Source: Polyangiaceae bacterium (GTDB taxonomy: Bacteria; Myxococcota_A; Polyangia; Polyangiales; Polyangiaceae). From it: a stretch of DNA of 64,000 bases. Below the pieces are notes generated by a model that was not told the origin of the DNA, did not search any database, and was given only the letters and a program-made list of their open reading frames with translations. Numbering within the stretch: position 1 is the first letter of the stretch; every line of letters starts with the position of its first letter. The stretch spans positions 128,001 through 192,000 of the forward strand of contig CBDCTZ010000015.1 of the NCBI GenBank assembly GCA_965222375.1, in the 5' to 3' direction. Below, piece by piece: positions 58,245 to 64,000 of the stretch. Made by a program: the position numbers and the translations under genes.

Positions 58245-58260
58245 CGGCACGCAGCTTGCT
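58245..58260 (+). promoter_or_regulatory. sigma54-type promoter
   Basis: CGGCACGCAGCTTGCT (GG-N10-GC). Confidence 0.55.
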
Positions 58261-58272
58261 GGATCTATGGGT

Positions 58273-58950
58273 ATGACCCGCATCCTGCGAAGCACGCTTC
58301 TCGCCACTGTGACGCTGTTGTCGGCCCCAACCGCGCTTGCCCAAGAGGCGACCGCTTTCGACCTGGGCGACGAACCCCCGCCGCTGCCGGAGTCAACCCA
58401 GACCGACACGGGAAGCGACCCACTGGCCCAGGATGAGTTCACGGTCAGAACACCGAAGTTGCAACTTGGAGTTCGGGGCGCGGCAGCGCAGGGCAAACAC
58501 GCAGGTCACGCCCTCGCCGGATTCACCGGCGGCTACCGCCTGCTTCCAAGCTTGGAACTCGGCGGCTACGCAGACATCGTCGCCTCCAGCACACCAATGT
58601 CCGACGACTGTCCCGAGGGCACGGAATGCGACTACTCCTTCCAACGCTTCGGTGCGCGCGCCAGCCTGCACTTGCTACACGACTTCATCGTCGACCCCTG
58701 GCTCGCGGCAACCATCGGGGGCGTACACGTCAGTGCGAGCAACGAACCTTGGCGCGCGGACTTTGCGGTAGAGGTCGGCGTGGATGTGCGCCCGACCCCG
58801 TGGCTCTCCTTAGGGCCGTACATCAGCGTAGCCCGCGCCCTCGAGCCACGGGCCGATTATGACGGCTTCAGCGCCGTGGGCGGGCGGCTGAGCGTTCAGT
58901 TCGACCTGGGTCACTCCGCAGCATCCAAGACGAGCGTCGCACGACGCTGA
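58273..58950 (+). CDS. Outer-membrane beta-barrel-like secreted protein
   Basis: Signal peptide (ALA-QE), alternating beta strands, VDPWL motif. Confidence 0.7.
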   Translation: MTRILRSTLLATVTLLSAPTALAQEATAFDLGDEPPPLPESTQTDTGSDPLAQDEFTVRTPKLQLGVRGAAAQGKHAGHALAGFTGGYRLLPSLELGGYADIVASSTPMSDDCPEGTECDYSFQRFGARASLHLLHDFIVDPWLAATIGGVHVSASNEPWRADFAVEVGVDVRPTPWLSLGPYISVARALEPRADYDGFSAVGGRLSVQFDLGHSAASKTSVARR

Positions 58951-59042
58951 GCCGACGGCCGCAAACGCCCGGCGCGGCTGCGTCACCGCGTCTAGGCGCC
59001 CCGACTTGCCGCGCCCCGCCAGAAACGGCACCATTTGCCCTG

Positions 59043-60503
59043 GTGGTAGACGCGCTCTCGTCCATGAGCCCCGGCACAGTGCTGGTGGGCAAATACCGCG
59101 TCGAACGCTTGATCGGCCAAGGCGGGATGGGCGTCGTGCTCGAAGCAACGCACGTCGCGCTGGGCGAGCGGGTCGCAATGAAGTTCTTGCTTCCAGACTT
59201 GGCCATGGACGGCGAGGCGGCAGAGCGCTTCCTACGTGAAGCGCGCGCGGCGGTACGCATCAAGAGCCCCCACGTGGCCAAGGTCAGTGATGTCGGAACC
59301 CTGGAGAGCGGCAGCCCCTACATGGTGATGGAGTTCCTCGAGGGCCAGGACGCCTCGGAACTGCTGGCGAGCTACGGGGTCATGGTGGTGCCAGACGCCA
59401 TCGATCTGGTGATTCAGGCTTGCGATGCCATTGCGGAGGCTCACTCCTATCGTATCGTGCACCGAGATCTGAAACCGGCAAACCTGTTCATTACTCGGCA
59501 TGCTGACGGATCGCCCTTCGTCAAGGTGTTGGACTTCGGCATTTCGAAAGTCCTCGACGAAAAGGCGGTCAGCTCCCTTACCCGCACAACCACTACTTTG
59601 GGCTCCGCGCTCTACATGTCTCCGGAACAAATCCGCGAGACCCGCTCCGTAGACCATCGCACCGATGTGTACGCGCTCGGCGTTACTCTCTACGAGCTAC
59701 TCAGTGCGGATCACCCCTTCGACGCCGACACCTTCCCTGCCCTATGCGTGAAGATCGCAACGGGAGCGCCAGTCCCTCTTCAAAGCCGCCGCGCGGAGCT
59801 ACCCCCAGAACTGTGCGAGGTTGTCCACCGGGCAATCGCTCGCGAGCCCGGTGACCGCTTCCAGAACGTTGGCGAGCTGTGTCTCGCGCTGCAGCCTTGG
59901 GCGCCAGAGAGCGCCAAGATCCTGATTCAGCGCATCGTCCGCCTGACCGGTGCTTCACCCGGAGCCGAGGAGATTTCCGCTCTCCACGCCGTTCCCACTC
60001 AGCCGACGCAGCCAACGGCGCACGCTTCAACCAACTCCCAGTTCGCGCAAGCCAACACGAACCCCCATGCGCAAGTCCCCCGCTCGACGTCCCCAGCACT
60101 GATTGCCGCCTTGGTTGCTGTACCTGCCTTGCTTCTACTCGGCGGGGGCGGGATCTGGTTTGCGGTGACGCGGACGGGTGCGACAGCGGAGTCTCCCGTA
60201 CCCGCGGACAGCGCGGCTGCCGGGCTGACTCAACCGGAAAAACCGCCCAACGAGCCAGCGGCAACCAACAGCACGAGCGCAGCGCAGCCCGAGAAGAGCG
60301 CTACGCCACCCACGGCCACCGAGAAGCCCACGAAGCCCGAAGCGCCAAAGGTCACCAAGCCCATGCCGGCTCCAGCTGCTCAGCCTGCTCCAAAGCCGGC
60401 CACCGCACCGATCGTCAAGCCGACCCCCAAGCCCGTGCCAAAACCAGCGACACCCAGGCCAACGCCAAAGCCGACACCCACCATCGACCCGAACGAACGC
60501 TGA
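59043..60503 (+). CDS. Ser/Thr protein kinase, membrane-anchored
   Basis: IGQGGMGVV, VAMK, HRDLKPAN, DFG, YMSPEQ, TM segment, Pro-rich tail. Confidence 0.95.
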   Translation: MVDALSSMSPGTVLVGKYRVERLIGQGGMGVVLEATHVALGERVAMKFLLPDLAMDGEAAERFLREARAAVRIKSPHVAKVSDVGTLESGSPYMVMEFLEGQDASELLASYGVMVVPDAIDLVIQACDAIAEAHSYRIVHRDLKPANLFITRHADGSPFVKVLDFGISKVLDEKAVSSLTRTTTTLGSALYMSPEQIRETRSVDHRTDVYALGVTLYELLSADHPFDADTFPALCVKIATGAPVPLQSRRAELPPELCEVVHRAIAREPGDRFQNVGELCLALQPWAPESAKILIQRIVRLTGASPGAEEISALHAVPTQPTQPTAHASTNSQFAQANTNPHAQVPRSTSPALIAALVAVPALLLLGGGGIWFAVTRTGATAESPVPADSAAAGLTQPEKPPNEPAATNSTSAAQPEKSATPPTATEKPTKPEAPKVTKPMPAPAAQPAPKPATAPIVKPTPKPVPKPATPRPTPKPTPTIDPNER

Positions 60504-61516
60504 TGCCCATGAAGCTCTCAACCACCACGCTGGCACTCCTCGGAATCCTCTTCACCGTCGCCCCCGCCTTCGCTGGCGACAAAGCCCTCGCGGAATCCTT
60601 GTTCCGGGAGGGGCGCAAGTTGATGGAAGCAGACAACCCTGCGGCAGCCTGCCCCAAGTTCGAGGCCAGCAATCGTGAAGACCCGTCCGCCGGCACGATG
60701 CTCAATCTGGCAATCTGCTACGAAAAACTCGGAAAGACCGCCTCGGCTTGGGCCCAATACAAGGAGACCGTGGTCAAGGCCAAAGCCCAGGGTCGTGACG
60801 CCCATGCCGCGAAGGCGAGTGAGGCGGCAGAAAGACTGGAGGACAAGCTCTCCAAGCTCACCATCGAAGCTCCGGCGGTTCGACCCCAGGGCTACCTCGT
60901 ACGACGTGGGAACGTGGAACTCAGCAGCGGCGCGCTCGGGCTGGCGGTCGCCGTCGACCCTGAAACTCACGTGATCGAAGCCAGTGCGCCCGGCTACGTC
61001 ACTTATCGAACCGAAGTGACGGTCGGCGCAAACGCGGATACCAAGTCCATCTTGATTCCAGATCTGGAACGCGACGAAAGCGCCGCTGCCACCCCGACGA
61101 GCACGTCATCGAGTTCATCCACATCCAGCGACGTGCGCGCCGACACCAGCGGTGGTGACAACAAGATGCTGGGCTACGTGCTGACCGGTACTGGCGGCGT
61201 CGTGCTAGCCACAGGCCTCACCATGGGGTTTCTCGCTCAGAAGCAAGCGAGCGACGCCGAAGACGATCCCAGCCTGTGTCCGAACAAACAGTGCACCCCC
61301 AAGGGCCGCGAAGAGATCGACGGTGCGGAAACCAAGGCGCTGATTTCGACCATTGGCGTCGGAGTAGGCGCCGTCGCCCTAGGAGCCGGAATCTACTTCC
61401 TGGTCACGAGCTCTGGCGACTCGGCCGCTGCGAAGAACGAGAAAGCGACGGCCACTCGCTTCGTTCCCATGTTGTCGCCTCACGGTGGTGGGCTCGGCGT
61501 CAGCGGCGCGTTCTGA
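60503..61516 (+). CDS. TPR + PEGA-like secreted protein
   Basis: AESLFREGRKL...ACPKFEAS...NLAICYEKLGKTASAW. Overlaps the kinase stop. Confidence 0.8.
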   Translation: MPMKLSTTTLALLGILFTVAPAFAGDKALAESLFREGRKLMEADNPAAACPKFEASNREDPSAGTMLNLAICYEKLGKTASAWAQYKETVVKAKAQGRDAHAAKASEAAERLEDKLSKLTIEAPAVRPQGYLVRRGNVELSSGALGLAVAVDPETHVIEASAPGYVTYRTEVTVGANADTKSILIPDLERDESAAATPTSTSSSSSTSSDVRADTSGGDNKMLGYVLTGTGGVVLATGLTMGFLAQKQASDAEDDPSLCPNKQCTPKGREEIDGAETKALISTIGVGVGAVALGAGIYFLVTSSGDSAAAKNEKATATRFVPMLSPHGGGLGVSGAF

Positions 61517-61794
61517 AGCTCGGGGCGGCTGCGGCGGCGACGTCGGCCCGCCCCCCGGCGTTGCAACGAGAGCGCCAGGCTGATGTGTTCTGCGGGCGCG
61601 ATCGATCCGTCTTTCGGCTCGCGCGCTTTGCGCAACGTCTGCGTGACATCTCCCGCGGGCGACAACATGTTGCGCGCAAGACGACGAGATGCCGCACTGC
61701 ATCATGAACGTGCTTGGAGCAAAGGGATTTCCGGTTGGCGTCTGTGCTCTGCGTTGATCTATGTTCCGCGCCCCACCCCAGACACGAGGCCATC

Positions 61795-62832
61795 ATGGGC
61801 GTTTTCGACCTCCTCGCAAAATACGACTACGGCGAGTTGCATCTCAACCGAGATGCAGCCTCCGGTTTGCATGCAATCGTCGCAATTCACGACACTCGCC
61901 TGGGACCATCTCTCGGTGGTTGCCGCTTCATACACTACGACTCCGAAGAGGAAGCCATCGTCGACGCCCTGCGCTTGGCGCGAGGCATGTCCTACAAAGC
62001 CGCCATCACCGGGCTGCCTCTCGGTGGCGGTAAGAGCGTGATCATACGGCCGAAAAGTGAATTCGACCGCGGCGCCTTGTTCCGCGCCTTCGGCAAGTTC
62101 GTCAATGACCTGGGCGGCCACTACATCACCGCCGAGGACAGCGGCACGAGCATCGAAGACATGGAAGTCATTCGCACGATGACGAAGAACGTCACCGGTG
62201 TGAAAGCCGAACATGGGGGCTCCGGGGATCCCAGTCCGTACACCGCCCTGGGCGTACGCCGGGGGATCGAAGCCTGCGTGAAGTTCGTATCCGGCCGCGA
62301 CAACATCGACAATCTTGACGTCGCGGTTCAAGGGGTCGGTCACGTTGGCTACCACCTGTGCAAAGAGCTCTCCGCCCTCGGGGCACGGCTCATCGTTGCC
62401 GACATCGACCCGCTGAAGAGCGAGCGCGCTCAGCGCGAGTTTGGCGCAGAGATCGTGCCGCTAGATTCGATCTTCTCCGTGGAGTGCGATGTGCTCGCCC
62501 CCTGCGCATTGGGAAGCGCCCTCAACGACACGACCATTCCGCAGCTCAAATGCAAGGTCGTCGCCGGTGCCGCCAACAACCAGCTGGCCGAGGCACGCCA
62601 TGGCGACGACCTGATGCAGCGTGGAATCGTGTACGCGCCGGACTACGCCATCAACGCCGGCGGCTTGATCAACGTGGCGACGGAGATCGAAGGCTACGAC
62701 GAGGAGAAATCCCGCGCCAAAGTCATGAAAATCTACGACACCATCTTCGAGATCGCCGACCGCGCGAAGAAGGCCATGAAGCCGACCTACGTCATCGCAG
62801 AGATGATGGCCCAGGAGCGCTTGGTTCGCTGA
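61795..62832 (+). CDS. ldh: Leucine dehydrogenase (Glu/Leu/Phe/Val dehydrogenase family)
   Basis: GPSLGGCR, MSYK, GGGKSVI, YITAED, GSGDPS, QGVGHVG, GAANNQL, NAGG. Confidence 0.9.
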   Translation: MGVFDLLAKYDYGELHLNRDAASGLHAIVAIHDTRLGPSLGGCRFIHYDSEEEAIVDALRLARGMSYKAAITGLPLGGGKSVIIRPKSEFDRGALFRAFGKFVNDLGGHYITAEDSGTSIEDMEVIRTMTKNVTGVKAEHGGSGDPSPYTALGVRRGIEACVKFVSGRDNIDNLDVAVQGVGHVGYHLCKELSALGARLIVADIDPLKSERAQREFGAEIVPLDSIFSVECDVLAPCALGSALNDTTIPQLKCKVVAGAANNQLAEARHGDDLMQRGIVYAPDYAINAGGLINVATEIEGYDEEKSRAKVMKIYDTIFEIADRAKKAMKPTYVIAEMMAQERLVR

Positions 62833-62876
62833 CTTTCCTGACCTCGCGCTGCGCGTAGAAGTACCGGCGCCTTGGC

Positions 62877-63296
62877 TCAAGGTGGCTTACCGTCACACTG
62901 GGCGAGCACGCGGTAGAGATCCGCGAGGTGACGAGGCTGCTGGTCTAGCATCACCTCGCAGCAGAAGCAGCCTGTGACGAATAGAGTTGCACCGTCCGCG
63001 GACTCCAGGAGCGTCCCGTTGCCTTGCTCGAGATGGTGGGAGCGGAACCAGAACTTCACGGCTCCTCCTTGAGCGAATTGAATCACGCCGAACTCGGTGT
63101 GGTCCGACAAGTGAGCTCGGCGTATGAAGGCGTTGAAGCCCGGCTCCAGCGCGTGCGCAGCGGGGTCCGTCTCTGCGCGAGTTGCCCTCAGCCTCCGCTC
63201 AACGGGGCTCGCGCGAAATACGAGCAACCAGCCCAACAAGGCCAAACTGAGCGCCATCAAACCACCCCCTACAGTCAGCGCGCGTCGTTTCCACAC
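62877..63296 (-). CDS. Hypothetical membrane-anchored protein
   Basis: N-terminal TM helix and GCFCCEV motif. Confidence 0.6.
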   Translation of the reverse strand: MWKRRALTVGGGLMALSLALLGWLLVFRASPVERRLRATRAETDPAAHALEPGFNAFIRRAHLSDHTEFGVIQFAQGGAVKFWFRSHHLEQGNGTLLESADGATLFVTGCFCCEVMLDQQPRHLADLYRVLAQCDGKPP

Positions 63297-63395
63297 TCCA
63301 CGCCAAACGTCCTAGCGGCTACCCGCATTCCGCTATCTTTTCCGGGGAAAAGCACGACCGCAGCGACGGCCGCGGAGCGTGGCTATATTGCGAGC

Positions 63396-64000
63396 GTGAT
63401 TCAGCGAACCACCAAGCGTCTGATGGGCAGCGCCGCGGCAGCCCTGGATCGAGCAGCAACCGTCGCAGCCGGGCGAGCCACGGCAAAGCGTCGTAAGAAG
63501 AGCCGCGCTGAGGGTTTGGACCACCGTCAGCGAATGGAGGCTCTGGGTGCCTTAGCGGAGCTCTACACCGAGGAGCGAACCGTCGACTTCTACCGTGCAC
63601 CCCGTGCCATTGATCCAGAGCTCGCGAAGGTTCGCTGGACGAGCGGCGGACATCAAGTCGTGGATGCCACCTGGTCCAGCCGAGACGACACCTTCGTCCG
63701 CGATGTTCACGACCGCTACCATCGTCATCGCTACAACCAAGTCGCGGCAGCTCGGCTCTTTCTGGGGCCAGAGCCTCGACCGATGGCCATCCTGATCCAT
63801 GGCTACCTTGCCGGCGCATACAAGATGGAGCAGCGGGTCTGGCCGCTCGCCTTCCTGAACAAGATCGGACTCGATGTCGCCCTATTCGTACTTCCGTTCC
63901 ACGGACTCCGGGCAGAACCTGGCCGAGCCGGCAGCCCACCTTTCCCCTCGAGCGATCCACGCATCACCAACGAAGGCTTTCGCCAAGCCATGGCGGACCT
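63396..64000 (+). CDS. Alpha/beta hydrolase family protein, 3'-truncated and absent from the ORF track
   Basis: Open frame from GTG 63396 to the window end: ...ILIHGY...VALFVLPFHGLR...TNEGFRQAMAD. Confidence 0.75.
   Translation, partial: MIQRTTKRLMGSAAAALDRAATVAAGRATAKRRKKSRAEGLDHRQRMEALGALAELYTEERTVDFYRAPRAIDPELAKVRWTSGGHQVVDATWSSRDDTFVRDVHDRYHRHRYNQVAAARLFLGPEPRPMAILIHGYLAGAYKMEQRVWPLAFLNKIGLDVALFVLPFHGLRAEPGRAGSPPFPSSDPRITNEGFRQAMAD

Overview
High-GC DNA, very probably from a myxobacterium (Polyangiales/Sorangiineae-like). This assignment is inferred from the many Gly/Cys-rich lipoproteins, a MYXO-CTERM-like tail, a Ser/Thr kinase-TPR pair, an ECF sigma trio and sigma54 promoter motifs. 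Layout: (1) 1-16.3 kb, mostly secreted or lipoprotein genes, including a tandem Tudor/Agenet-like lipoprotein and a somatomedin-B-domain lipoprotein. (2) 16.5-30.3 kb, a 14-gene minus-strand acyl-CoA catabolic operon with an Ltp3/Ltp4-like thiolase-fold aldolase pair, two DUF35 proteins, a BKACE enzyme, three crotonases, two acyl-CoA dehydrogenases and an internal TetR, preceded by a PaaX-like regulator/radical SAM pair; both units have visible promoters and palindromic operators. (3) 31-50 kb, mixed housekeeping and surface genes: CPA2 antiporter, ECF module, RCC1 protein, lolA, ruvC, a Ski2-like helicase and an L,D-transpeptidase lacking its catalytic Cys. (4) About 51-58 kb, a damaged candidate defence island: GIY-YIG-like protein, MmeI-like protein with degenerate nuclease and an in-frame deletion, RhuM, a triple zinc-ribbon/SNF2-like helicase fusion that is truncated, and a convergent PD-(D/E)XK nuclease. 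(5) 58-64 kb, OMP, kinase, TPR protein, Leu dehydrogenase and a partial hydrolase. No rRNA, tRNA, CRISPR array, integrase or transposase was recognised. All domain calls come from motifs recognised by eye, not from database searches.
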